A stretch of 64,000 bases of DNA. It comes from Amoeboaphelidium protococcarum X5. Taxonomy: Eukaryota; Fungi; Aphelidiomycota. Below, piece by piece: positions 12,953-27,629 of this stretch. Position numbers and translations under genes: made by a program. Within the stretch, counting starts at the first letter, position 1, and every line of letters begins with the position of its first letter. Under the pieces are notes generated by a model. That model did no database searches, was not told the origin of the DNA, and was given only the letters and a program-made list of their open reading frames with translations. The DNA lies in NCBI GenBank assembly GCA_023515725.1, contig JALDTO010000215.1, forward strand, positions 583,053 to 647,052, written 5' to 3'.

Positions 12953-13164
12953 TACTTATACGATAAAAGCTCTACGTAGGAGTGATAGGAGGAAAAAGGT
13001 TGATCGTGATGATTTGAAGACCCAAAATTGTTCGTGGTCCAATCAGTGAAATGGAGTCAGTCACGCGTAATAATTGTGACAGTATGATTTGGCTGTGACA
13101 TAATAACAATAGAATAATCGTGTGAAATAAATTGAATGGACATTTTGAATTTCATTATTGCAAT

Positions 13165-14174
13165 ATGGCGGGTCACAACTCATCTACAAAGTAAAGGCGA
13201 ATTGAGCGTTAATTGTCTCAAAATCTTTGGCTCTTTTTCCTTTCAAAGGCTTTTTCAACTATTGTTAACATCGTAAAAGATCAGGACAATTTTTATAATT
13301 TTGGGCGATTAGAAATAATTGACAATTCGTAATAGCGAAGGTATCGCGGCTTTTGTGAGAAATTTATAATAATCGTATTCTGTTGCTCCTGGTGATTACA
13401 TCTCTAAACTCGTTTAGTCCTCAAGTGTCAGTGCATTGAAACAAGAGTTGCTTTTCAATGTATTCTAAAATGTATTATCAGTAGACGTTGCTGGTTATAA
13501 TCAGACTTTGGTTACCGCTACCGCTCTAAAGTCACCTTAGGTGGAGCAAGACTTTTAAAATTGGCAAAGAAGCAAGTGCAGTCAAAGCCTATTGCAGAGG
13601 ATATTAACGATGATGATTTAAGTCAATTTTCAATTCACTCTGCAACGATTTGATCAATCACGCCTCTTCGGCTTTACGCGCCTAAGTGTGTCGATTAGAA
13701 TTTTGTTTCAGAGCATGAACACGTCTCTTCTTTCGATAAATTTGTTTCTTCCGCTCTGAATAGTATATAGTAGTTAATCGTTAGTCATGGGTACAATTTG
13801 AGTCAGCGCTTAAAGCACTTTGAAGGAACAATCTAGTGGGCATGATTATGCAGGTCTGAGGACTCCATTAGAACGTCTTCCATTGTCTGTTGCAAACGCG
13901 GTTAGCATGATTTATTGGTTTTGGTAGAAAGAAATTGCCTCCTCTGGTGCAGTTTAGATATATCTTGAAGAAGTATGCAACGGTGGTTCTGACACCCGAG
14001 TCGTGGACTAGTTCAAGATGCTGTGGCAGTCACAGCTTTGGCACGAGATATCGACGTCCGCAGGACAAGTTCGTCTGCATGTAAAATCCTAAACACCAGA
14101 TGAATGGCGATAGCAATGCAGCCATAAAATTTTTTTACATTGGGCTTACACGTTTTGGAAGTTTAAGATTGTGA
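13165..14174 (+). pseudogene. Fanzor1/TnpB-like RNA-guided nuclease pseudogene (RuvC + Zn-finger half, frameshifted)
   Basis: RuvC-I-like VLSVDVAGYNQTLVTA (D at 13484); RuvC-II-like PPLVQFRYILKKYATVVLTPESWTSSRCC (E at 13998); FVCMQ...MNGDSNAA (RuvC-III D at 14109); TGA at 14172. Several frameshifts and internal TGAs; the 5' boundary is approximate. Confidence 0.7.
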
Positions 14175-14647
14175 ATCTGTGCCCACTCAAATGGTGTCAA
14201 GTACCAATAATAGAATAAGTAGTAGCATTATGCGAGAATAGGTAGTTTTGTCGCGTAGATTGTGGATTTGCTTGGCGAGGATGTTTTTATGATAGACTTG
14301 CCATGGGAGAAGTTTTATGCCGCATCTAAATATTGATCCGATGTTTGATAATCTACTTAAGTACCGTGTTGTACATGATGATGAATAATGGCACTTTCCC
14401 ATTGCGCTATATCGTTTTTAATGAGTTTGTCATGCGTACGTTAGGAGTTGCAGAACTACTGAAGTGTCTGTCCATCTCCAAGTATACATTACTGCACAGA
14501 ATCATGGACTCTACTTCAAGAATTGCGTCAGGCTAAGATGGCGGCAACATTTTGAGCCGCTGAGTTTCTTGCCCTCATTTGTACTAATTATTCTATTTAT
14601 ACAGAGGTGGCTATCATTCATGCCCTTTTCCCGGCTTCACATTCTCT

Positions 14648-14812
14648 GATGATTTAGAGTGGAATGACGCCGCTTTAATGTTCCGGTTTAAGGATGGACT
14701 CAACACAGAGGATATAAATATGCTGTTGGGCTTCCCAGAACCATCTCTGGAAGCTGTGCTTTCCCTCTCTGTTACTGTACGAAGAGATGGCTGTGAAGAA
14801 AAGAGGCGTTGA
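14648..14812 (+). mobile_element. Ty3/gypsy gag fragment
   Basis: DDLEWNDAALMFRFKDGLNTEDINMLLGFPEPSLEAVLSLSV matches the gag LxWNDxAL..F..GL pattern. Confidence 0.65.
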
Positions 14813-15416
14813 GAAGCCATCTTCGTGCGTGTTATAGGAGAAGAGACTATGGTGATTGCGACTGCTGTGGTTATTTTAGAATTAACATTTGAAATGTTGT
14901 TTCTTAAATAATTTTCAAGTTCGCTTGAGCTTGATAGACATTATTGATAATAACTTCTTGATAATGACCCAAATGAAATGACGCAGTCTAGGAAGTAAAT
15001 GTAACGCGCTAGTCATTAAGCTGGTAATGTCCAATTGAAGATAACAAAGCAGTCGCGCGTTGATATATCTAAATATATAGACCAAATAACTTTATTCGAC
15101 TGGTTAACCCAGATTTAGTTTACTTGATTGTAACTAATAATGTCAGTCTCTTCTAAATTGATCTTGCCAAGGTGTTTGTAGGTGATGTATCGCTGCATCC
15201 GCAATGACCTTAGGCATTTGTTGAAACTTTGCCTCACCTTTGCAATGTTCGCCTGAGGATAAGCAGCCTTATCCCGGATGTAGAAAGGCTGAAGTTCAAG
15301 CTTAAAAATAGATAAATCATTTATGAGTATTGATTACTATTAAAAATGTCTTCAGTTCAATTATATCTGACAATAGAGAGGTCAACGTACCAATGCAATA
15401 TACCTTTTAAAATACC

Positions 15417-17084
<1,668 letters not shown>

Positions 17085-17330
17085 ATTTAAAATTCTTTAA
17101 TTTTTAACAGGTAGGTAGATATATTGTATGGGCTTGAAGTGAGGCGATTTTGCATGGAAGGAATTTCTTAAAGAGATTGCGAGAGAAGACGCGCGCGCTT
17201 TCTTTAGTTCGGCCCTTTTCTTTTCAACGCTCTCTGGAAAGCTCCAACTCTCTCGACTATTGACAACCCGTGTATATCATCTTACATTTACTCTTAGCGC
17301 TAATTAAGCGTCATTATACTGGGTAATAAA

Positions 17331-20300
17331 ATGAATGGAATTCCTGCTAGTTTATTGTTTGGAAATCTTGGAGATAGTGGAGATTAGGAATTATCGTCTT
17401 TACTTGGTGGGAACGCACTGGCAGGTCTTTAGGCTATGCAGAATGGTTCATCAGATTTAAAAGGTGTGGATGGTGTAGTTAATGCGTCTCTTCATTCATT
17501 AAATGGGGATATCACAGGATCAGATTTGAGTGAAATTGATGTTGATGATGATGATCTTATTGCAATCGATGAGGATGAGGATGCATTGTCATCAAGGAAG
17601 TAGTAATCTGCGGAGATGAAGCCTCTTAATATCAGTAATGTCGATGATGACTCGAGGCGTGTGGCAACAGAGGAGGAAGTCAAGTAGATTTTTCCACTAT
17701 TCACCAAGGATGGTCCTTTGAAATTTACAGAGTTATTCAGCGGTATTTAATCTAATAGTTCGTAACGAACGGCTGGTAGTACTAAAGCTAATAAAGTTCA
17801 AGATTCTGTGGAAGAACCGCTGCCTAAAGAAATACAAGTCTGGTTGGAGAAATTGAATACACCTGCCCCGAATGATTTAGAGCTCTTTAACAGCTATAGA
17901 CCACTACCTTAAAAGTCGGACACTGGACATTTTAACTAGCTCTAATATTCTCATTGGGATAGACCAAATCATAATAATCTAATGATTTAGAGTTCTGATC
18001 AAGTTCATCGTCTTTCAAAGTAAGAGTAGCAGGATCTACATCCAATTAATACCACTTATTGGGAAGATGATATTATCTGGGATGTCAGCGATTAGGAGAA
18101 TCGCGATAAATCTGGCTCATTAGATTAGGAGAATCGCGATAAATCTGGCTCATTAGATTTAACATAATAAAGACTAAGGAATATTCCCAACTTTGATCTT
18201 ATTGATGGAGAGTGGGAAGATTAGATTATTTGGGACGAGCAGGATGCCGAGAGATTGGCCAAAGTTCCCGTCATTGTTAATCTTAATGATCCTTTCTAGT
18301 AGGTGGATTCCACTGTTGTATCGATTCCGACAGATACATAAACTGGCCGCGCTATGCCATCATCATAATTATAGCGACCGCCAAAGAAGAGAGGAGCAAA
18401 TGCAGCAATAATAAGAGTCATCTCATAAGTCCCATCTGAAAAGTTAAATCTGTCCAATGATCGGTATTATGAGAGTATAAAGAAGCGTGGACGCGTCAGG
18501 TAGCATTTTGGTAGAATATTTATCTAGCACTCACTGCCTGCTCTTAAATTGCAAATGCCTTTCTTTAAGCGATACATGTCCAAGTCTGATTTAAGAGCCT
18601 GGCATAGACCATAATTTAAGGTGAATGCTGGAGATACAGTCTAGTTTAGTAAGGTGAAAGCTTTGAAGAAGAATAAGATTAGAGGGCTGGAGGTGACTGA
18701 GGTTCTGTCTTCTGCCAAGGATTTGACTCTGAAAGATAACTCAGACTTTGTCCTGATGGAGTATTCAGAAGAGTATCCGCCACTGGTGTCTAATGTTGGT
18801 ATGGGTTCATTCATTATGAATTATTACCGCAAGACTGAAGAGAAGGATCCTTTCATTCCTAAACTTGCCGATGGAATGCCCAGTGTATTGGAATAGGTGG
18901 ACGCTTCACCATTTTTCTGTTTTGGTAATGTTAAGCAAGGGGGGACTGTGTAGGCTATTAAGAATAATCTGTTTATCGCTCCTATTTGGAAGTAGGAACT
19001 GCATAATGATGACTTTCTTTTCATTCGTACCACCCTCAAAGGAAGATCCTCTTTCTACTTGAGGCCCATTATACGAGCATATGCAGTTGGATAAACTATT
19101 CCTCTTATGCATGTTCCACCTCCTCAGTCTAGAAAAGTGAAATTCCTAGTGCGCGATCGGCTAAAAGTTGCTGCTCTGCGTAGAATAAAGAAGCGTGGTA
19201 GAGATACCAAGTATCCTATAAATAGAGTTATCAATTCTTATTACAGGTATCATGATTAGTCTTTGAAGAAGCATTTGAAAGAACTATTCAATGTTCAAAA
19301 GGCTAAGAAGAGTAACAAGGTTCTGATTTCCATCCGCGATCGATTACCTCTACCATCTGAATAGGAGCTATTCCGTATGCTCACACCTGAGTAGATTGTC
19401 GCCTTTGATTCAATGCGTGTGGGTTAGTAGCGCCTGGCTGACTGCGGTTATGGATCTGGTGAGATTGGAACGGGTGGGGATGATGAAGATGCTGAGGAGC
19501 AGCCTGAAGTTTAGCTGGATGAAGAGATTTAGATGAGTCCTTGGAATATATGCAAGAATGTTCTATTGGCTGCATCTTCCAAAGGAATGGTCTAAGTGTT
19601 TGGTCCTGGAGATCCCACGGGTCGAGGTGAAGCCTTCTCCTTTTTTTGGTTCTCATCCAAAGAGATGTTCCTATGGAATGGTGCCTCTCATGAAGATTTC
19701 GAGGCTTATTACTCATCTCAGGTGAAAACTGGGCATAAGTTCTCTCTGACAGACTAGTAGAGATTTTACAAGAAGGAGTTGTAGAATGTGTGGAATGCAC
19801 AGGCGAAAGCTCTCAGTTCTAATGAAGAGCCCGAGTTGGACGTTATGCTGGAAGATGATGATAATGAATAGGCCGAAGCTGAGGCTGAGATGCAAGAGAT
19901 GATGAAGATGATTCAGCAGTCTTAGTAGTTATAGAAGGTGAAATCTACATCTCTGCTTGATGATGAAGATACATAGAGTGTCTCATCGTCCAGAGCTACC
20001 ATGATGCCGAAAGGATACCTCATAAAGCGACGGGTTAAAGATGAAACTGGCAAAGAGGTTTGGTAGGAGGAAGTTATTACTGACACTCGCATCATTAATG
20101 CCTATCTGAAATAGAAGCGGTTGATTGAGCTATCTGGTGGAGACTCTTCCATTGCCATGATGGATGTTGATGATAATGAAATGCGTAAGAAGAAGATCTA
20201 GGAGGAGATGAGGAGATTGAAGAGGGAGCACGGCTTAACGGCCAAGGATCTTGCCACTGGACCAGTTTAGGGAATCGATGAAAGCGGTTTGAAGCGACTC

Positions 20301-20567
20301 GGTTCTAGTCATAGAAAGTGTCGTGCATGTGGCCAGATTGGTCATATTATGACTAACAAGGTGTGTCCGCTATTTGCTTAAAATTTCCCTGAGCGTGCCA
20401 AGAAGGAGTAAGAGCGTGCTGAAGCTGCTGCGAAAAGACAGTCGGCTGTGAAGAAACAAGAGGGAGGCAAGTTGGTATTTTCATCATCTGCTCTGAAAGC
20501 AATTCAGGACAAGAAGGCTGCAAGATCTGCAGCTGGATCAACCAATAGTTTAGACGCTGAGAAGTGA
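17331..20567 (+). CDS. TAF1: TFIID subunit 1 (fungal-type, no bromodomains)
   Basis: LNLSNDRYY, QHSLPALKL, DLTLKD...LMEYSEEYPPLVSNVGMGS, GPGDPTGRGEAFSF, zinc knuckle RKCRACGQIGHIMTNKVCP. Confidence 0.92.
18090..18155 (+). repeat. Perfect 33-bp in-frame tandem duplication in TAF1 (DQENRDKSGSL x2)
   Basis: gattaggagaatcgcgataaatctggctcatta occurs at 18090-18122 and 18123-18155. Confidence 0.9.
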
Positions 20568-20650
20568 CATGGTAGTCTCTTTGTAACTAAAATAGCAGTA
20601 TCGGAAATGTAGAATACAAATGATATTTTTTGGTTACAGTACTATCCAAA

Positions 20651-22453
20651 TCAATCTTCTTTTTACATTGATATCTGCTATATGGTGAACTGGGCCGTTT
20701 TTCTAATTTCAGGATCGCCACTGGTCAACTACTTTTACAACTATTTCAAATTTCCCTCAAGCAATTGTTTACTACCAGCGGAAATAAGATTCCGAGTAAT
20801 CATACAAGCACGTTAAAGCAAAGCCACTGACTGAGAAGATAACAATTCATCGATAGCATTCTAACTCAACGGCACGAGGTCAGCAATGTGACTGCAAATT
20901 TTCTTACTCTCTGCAGCCCAAGGCACAACATCCTTACCACAGATTGACATTATGGCCAATGCTCCACTGGCAGCCGAAACCGTGGCTTCATCATCTACAG
21001 TACACAGGGCCAACATCAACTTGACCTTATCTCTATTGCCGGAAAAGAATTTAATAGCCGGCTCACAATAGAGCATATTGCAGCAACATTCCACAGCTGA
21101 ACGGCGCACTAGAACATTATCACTGAATACAACGTTCTCGATACCTTTCATTATGCCAGCCTTGCAGGCAAACTCCAAAACGACCTCCCGATCCTTCTCA
21201 ATCGACATTAAATTAGTCAGGGCCATCATTGCCTCAAACTGATGCAGCTCATAAGTGCTCTATGTCAGATATAATAACGGGCGGATCAATTCAATCACTC
21301 GCTCTCTGGTGAAGGCATAATTAGGGTCGACGGTGATTGCAATTCTACTGAAGGCACTGCAAACATTTAATTACAAGGAATCTTGATCATTCTACACCGG
21401 GATAAATTTAATATCTTTCGGTAGAGGATCATCATTGAGCAGTATCATGCCCACCTTCACAATTCCCTACTGAGCAAGCACAGCTCTATGATCAACAATA
21501 TTCGACAATTAATTCAGTATGACTGCCAAGAGCTTCTTACACTGCAAAGAACATCCACTCTTTACAATCTTGTGCAAGAGGCTCATCACGCCCAAATCAA
21601 TTAATATGCGACATCTCTAATCTACAACTTCATTAGTATCTGCCACAACATCATCATCTTCACTTCCATCTCCACCAGGACCCATCTAGGACATAGCATC
21701 TTCATCTTTGGCAAACTTTCTCAACTTCATTACTTGTTCCTACTCTTCACTCAATTTTCGCTTATAACTACAAAGATTATATACAATAGCTGCAAATCCA
21801 TACTAAATCTGTGTAATATCAATAGATTGACCATATGCGATGAACTTTTTCAAAAACTCCACATCACCACCCAGAAGTCTCCTATTTTTCCAAGACACGG
21901 TAAGGTAGGCAATACCTTCCACCGCCACGCTGGTGTTATCATCAAATTGATCTTTAAAAGCTTCCAAATTGCGTTCCTTTTACAATTTCACTTTAAGAAT
22001 TTGGACCAGATTGTGTAATTACTCGACCAAAGCAGGATCATTAACTTTACTGCTATTGCCACTACTCTATCCAACAAGACTTTTACCACCGCTAGCAAAA
22101 GTTGCCAAATAATCATTAAAATCTTTACTAGATTACAAGACTTTATTACATTTTGCATGACTAGCGGCCACTTGCAGATATTACAGAATAGTGACTTGAC
22201 GATCAACAGACTCGTACTCCAAACAGTCAATCAAGTCGCCAATATTAAGCAGTGCAAACACCTTGCATCCAAAACTTGAATCTAAACTAAAAGACATTGC
22301 AGCCAATCTCAAATTATCAGAATCCGCAATGAGTTGTGCCAATTCAGCGTCATCTTTAATCAAATCGTAACCTTTCTTCAAAGCCTCAAACAATTGAATA
22401 TCACTACTAGCACTTAAGAACAACTGCTTCAGTTATTCTCTACTCTCAGACAT
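20651..22453 (-). CDS. UCS-domain myosin chaperone (UNC-45/She4)
   Basis: VEGIAYLT, SRIAITVDPNYAF, HQFEAMMALTNL, SDNVLVRRSAVECCCN, AASGALA; 600 aa. Confidence 0.85.
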
Positions 22454-22576
22454 TATTTTAGATTGTAGCTATGAGAATAGCAGCACAGAAATTAAATTTT
22501 ATATGGCTGAAAGGTCTAGTATTTTTTACACGCTTCCCCAGTAGTAGTAATAATAGGCAGTGACTCGTTAACCAGT

Positions 22577-22610
<34 letters not shown>

Positions 22611-22619
22611 AGAGAAAGA
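22577..22619. repeat. (AG)n microsatellite in divergent promoter
   Basis: About 13 AG units followed by degenerate AAAGAG units, between the UNC-45 and CYM1 starts. Confidence 0.9.
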
Positions 22620-22859
22620 CAGAACGGAACGCGATTCAATTTCGAGTTGACGTTTCATTCCGTCTATACTTGCTCACTCGCGCGTAATCTCGTCGTTGTT
22701 TCTCTCACTCATTTGTCGGTCTCTCTCTCTCTTACCAACTACAGCTGCTTACCGCGATAGCACAGGTGGAAGTGATTAAATCTTTTGCATTTTCATTATT
22801 ATCCCGTTATAAACCTATCTCCTTCTGTACCATTAAGATTGTAATATTTGGAGTAAATT

Positions 22860-25800
22860 ATGAGTGTGGGAAGAGGCAAGTTCAAGGTGATTGCAGAGAA
22901 TGTGGTGAGAGATTTGAAATTGACTTAACTCCAACATCCATGCGGTGCGTAGATGGTGAACATCCACAGAATTGGACAGAGTGGAGCATCCACTATATTT
23001 GAACCGTAGACTATAGCTCTTGGTTTTGGTACTCCAGTCAGTGATGGTAGAGGTGTGGCTCACATACTGGAGCATACCGTTCTGTGTGGATCGCGCAAGT
23101 TTCCAGTACGGGATCCATTCTTCAATATGATGAATAGGAGTATGAGCACGTACATGAACGCGTGGACATTTAATGATTATACCATCTATCCGTTCAGTAG
23201 TTTATAGAGAAAAGATTTGAATAATCTGTTGGCTGTATATATGGATGCCACTTTGGATCCCCTGCTGAAAGAGTCTGATTTTAGATAAGAGGGTTGGCGG
23301 TTGGAGAAGCGTGCGGGATCGTCTACTACTATGGGTGATTATGAGTTTAAAGGCGTGGTGTTCAATGAGATGAAAGGAGTGTTATCGAACAGCAATCATT
23401 TATTCTATTACAAGTAGATGGAGCATCTTTTTGATGGTGTTGATATCAGGTACAGTGTCAACTCTGGCGGTGATCCTTATTAGATTCCTCTCTTAAAGTA
23501 TGAAGACTTGGTAGACTTTCATCGTCTGCAGTATTCTCCATCGCGTATGAAGTTATTTACATTTGGCTAGTATCCACTCCAGGAATAGCTTCCTTTCATT
23601 GAAGATTTGATTAGTCAGTATTCTGCAGTTAGAGATTCATCTGTTAGTCCGAGAGATAATTAACTCTCTGCATTAGACCAGAAAATTATTAGCGATGGTA
23701 AATATAAGCTGTGGTAAAGTGGGAGAACCATTCAGGAGACTTTTTAATATGATCAAATGTCTGGTCCTATTGATTAGCAGCTCAAGTATAGTTGCTCATG
23801 GATTATGAAAGGATTTCACACCGACAACTTTATTCAGGATAGATTCAACCTGTCTATAATGTCATCTCTGCTATTTGATGGCTAGAGTGCACCATTCTAT
23901 AAGTCTTTACTGGACGCGAAATTGGGCAAAGAGTTTTCTGCTGGCTCTGGTATCAGTGACTTTGGACCACATTTTGTATTCTCTGCTGGAGTTGTTGATG
24001 GAAAGTCTGGTGGTGGAGAGGCGGAAGTACAGTCTGCCATTATGCATTCTCTCGACCATTGTTCCAAGGATCTGTCATGGTGTTCATAATAAAGAGTAGA
24101 CGCGTTACTGCATTAGATCTTGCTCAGGAATAAGATGCCTAAGCGTGATTTTGGAATATCAGTTACTTCGAGTGTTATAAGTGATATGTTGTATGGTCTA
24201 GATGTACCGTCCGATTTGAATATTGATGGTAAAGTTGCAAAATTTAAAGAAATGTTTGATGGTGGACGACTCTTTAGTGAGTATATACGTTCATCTCTAT
24301 TGGATAATAAACACAGTCTTCGGCTGGTGATGAATCCTAGTGAGAAGTATAATCAAGAGTTACGTGAGAAGGAAGGTCAACTTCTATAACAAGTATCGGC
24401 AGGTGTGAAGGATTTCGCGTAGATTGATTCTATGAATTTACAGTTGGCAGAGGAATAGAATAAGGTGCCGAATGTCGAGGTTCTTCCAAAGATTGAAGTT
24501 AAAGATGCATCCACTGAGGTGATCAGATACCCTGTGGACATTAAGAGGGTGACCAAAGACATTCCAGTTTAGACCTATGTTGGTGCAACTAATGATTTGT
24601 CTTTTTTCAAGTTGTTATTTCCTCTGAATGGACGGATTGATTCCAAGTTACGAATGTATTTGCCTCTGTATTGTGCTTTAGTGCAGAGTCTAGGTACATC
24701 AAGTGTAAGTGGATCTGATTTTGAAGAGTTGATAAAGCGGTACACTGGCGGTGTATCTATGAGTCCTTTTATCGCTTGCAAGTATGACGATTAGAAAATG
24801 GTTCAAGATGCTCTCGTTCTATCAACGTTGTACTTGCCAGAGAATATGGACAAGGCTTTTGATATTTTGCTTGATATCATGAAGAATGTTAATGTTTATA
24901 ACACAGCGACTATTCAGACGATTAGTTCCATGATTGCCGCCAATTTGTCCAGTGGTGTATCCAACTCTGGACATGCTTATGCGAAATCTAATGCTTAATC
25001 CAAGCTGGGTGTTGGGAAGTATTTGGAATTTGCTTATGATGGATTAAAGTATGTCTCCTTTATGAATTAGGTGTCCCAGTAAGATATTAGTGAAACAGTT
25101 AAGGCTCTCAATTAGGTGAAGTCTATTCTCAGTGGTCAGGATTAGTCTATGTAATGCCGCGCCTCATTGCACTGTGCTTCTGAAGACTTGCTGTCAGATA
25201 ATTTGCACCATGTTGAACAACTGAGTCTTCAAACCGGACTATGTTTACAGGATGAAAGTGGAGTATTTTAGAATGTTAACAATTATACAGCTGAAGTCCT
25301 GAATGACCATGAGATGAAATAATGGTTCAAGTTGCCGTTCAATACATCATTCACTGCTGCATGTTATAAGCTGACTGATGATGATGACTAGGATACTGTT
25401 GAATTTCTATCTACATAGTCATTGGCCATCCAGTTGTTAAGTCAGATTCTCTCCCGTAAGCATATTCATAAAGAGATTAGAGAGAAGGGAGGTGCGTATG
25501 GATCGTCTTGCTCGTTTGATGCTACTCATGGAATACTATCGTTCACTTCTTACCGTGACCCTCAACCACTTAAGAGCTTGGAGACTTTTGATAATGCCGT
25601 AAGTGCATGCGATTAATTTGTTACCGCCAACTACTTGGATGAGGCCAAGATTGCAATGCTCTCCTCTCTGGATCAGCCACTGAAGGTTAATGAGTATGGC
25701 TAGTAGTATTTTATTAATAGAGTATCAGACGATGTTAGACAGAAGAGGAGAGATTTACTGCTGTCTACTAACATCGATGATTTGCATCAGGCAGCGCAGC

Positions 25801-25907
25801 GTCTCAAGAGAGATCACTAGAAAGTAATGAAGTCGGCGCAGACTGTTCTCAGTGGCTCTCTCGATGAGCAGTCAATTCCTAAAGAGTTTTCAATTAAATC
25901 TCTATGA
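22860..25907 (+). CDS. CYM1: Presequence protease (M16C pitrilysin family, Cym1/PreP)
   Basis: GVAHILEHTVLCGSRKFPVRDPFF (HxxEH), QEGWRLE, KGVVFNEMKG, NSGGDP, EIREKGGAYG, SYRDP. Confidence 0.93.
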
Positions 25908-25988
25908 TAATATATTGAACATATGGTAGATACAATAGACATACATCTTTAATCATGCATTCTTTGTATACTTTTGACTATTATTCAC

Positions 25989-26624
25989 TCATACAATCTA
26001 GTTCAAACGCTTCTTTTCCCTTTGTTCACGTTCAATACGTTCACGCCTCAGCCGCGCCATTATATCAGAGTGAGATTCGTCCATTTTTTATTGATTGTAA
26101 GAACGACTTCTCTTCTAGTGATTATTAAATTTGGTATCAGCGATACGTAGTTACTAGCACGGCTTGGAATAAACTCTTCTCATTGGATCTTCTGCGATTT
26201 TACGATCGATATCAACCTCGGGGTCTTTTACACGATTAGTTATAGGTGCGGCGACATCGCTACTGTACCACGGCTTATTACTAGATGATGCAGATCTACC
26301 TTCTTCTTTCTATAATCGCCACATTAAATTGTTCTTCTCCCTGAAATTTAGCTCTTATTACCGCTTCTTTTATTTGTAGTCTGCATTCTCTTCCACATTG
26401 ATATCACTCGCCATGGAAGCGTTGCGTAGCGGCAACTATTCTCCTTATCCTGCAGACTAGGATCTAAGAGCATCAAGTCTAATTTCGCGTTCAATTTCCA
26501 AAGCTCTCTTCTACTTATCTGCCTCTTTATTAGCTCTAATTGTCTCATCCCGCCTCGCTTTATCCAAATTGTCCTGATTGCCAACATGCCATTTCTTATG
26601 CCTCAATATATTCAACTTTCCCAT
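25989..26624 (-). CDS. CIR_N-domain protein (LENG1-like)
   Basis: MGKLNILRHKKWHVGNQDNLDKARRDE, KPWY, EDPMR, RLRRERIERE. Confidence 0.75.
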
Positions 26625-26893
26625 ACTTGGACGCACCTATACGATTCAATCAATCTCGAATGGAGATATAGCGCATTAATGAGATGAAAAATAACACTGA
26701 AAATGCTAATGAGGCTAATAAAGATCTCAGCGAAGAATTTATTTAACTTCTAACTAATTTGCGCAATAATAAAATTGCTTAGCGGAAGTGCGACAACGGA
26801 AGATGAAATTTTCATTTTCTTCATTTTTCACCCTGTGATTATCACGAGCATTCTCTTCTTCTCAATATCAAATCAGCTGATTACGATAAAAGT

Positions 26894-27487
26894 ATGACTG
26901 TCGATATTAATTTGGATGATGAACCAGTGGAAATATAGAGTCACGTCTAGAAAAGAGATAAACAACTGGCATCGGATGCTCTCAAGTAGATGGAAGTGTT
27001 CTGCACCAAGATCCGCGAACACATAATCGAGATTAGAATGCAGCGAATGGAGGCTGAAGTTGAATTGATATTGACAGACTTTGATTAGTCGCGGCATAAT
27101 TATATCTAATGCATTTAAAAGGACTTGCGGAGAAGATATAGATCTAATATAGAGCTGGTTGAGCGAGAGTATTAGTATCGATTAGCTGCTGCAGATTAAT
27201 ATCTTACTCAAGGCAGAAGGGCAAATTTGGATAGAATCTCTACAAAATTGACGCGTAAAAATGTTCAACAAATGGCAGAATTTAAATCGGAATATGATAA
27301 CTAGATTGGTATTCAAGAGTAGATTATTGTAGAAGGTGCCATATATAAATTTAATCATGATGGTGACTAATTGGTAAATTCAGCTTCCCAATTGAATGAT
27401 TAGATGCTAGATTAGGATCTTTGCCTCATACGAAATGAAATATTATTGCAGAGTGGTCGCAATGATACTTATAACGGTTATCAGTGA
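26894..27487 (+). CDS. Sds3-like coiled-coil protein (tentative)
   Basis: 197-aa ORF; LKQMEVFCTKIREHIIEIRMQRMEAE...RRRYRSNIELVEREY...LNDQMLDQDL resembles the Sds3/BRMS1 family. Confidence 0.45.
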
Positions 27488-27629
27488 TGTTATGTGTAAA
27501 AATGTATATTTTTTATCATCATCATCAGCATCATGTTCATCATTTTAATCCTTCCATTATCATCACCATTTGTTGTAGTTGAACGTATCACAGTGCAATC
27601 GCAAGCTTTTCAGTACAATCAGGGATTAT

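Noticed and set aside
1819-14174. Idea that the two Fanzor pieces are halves of one split gene
   Set aside because: They are 10 kb apart with housekeeping genes between, both appear to cover the WED-end region, and the second is heavily frameshifted; separate copies are more likely.
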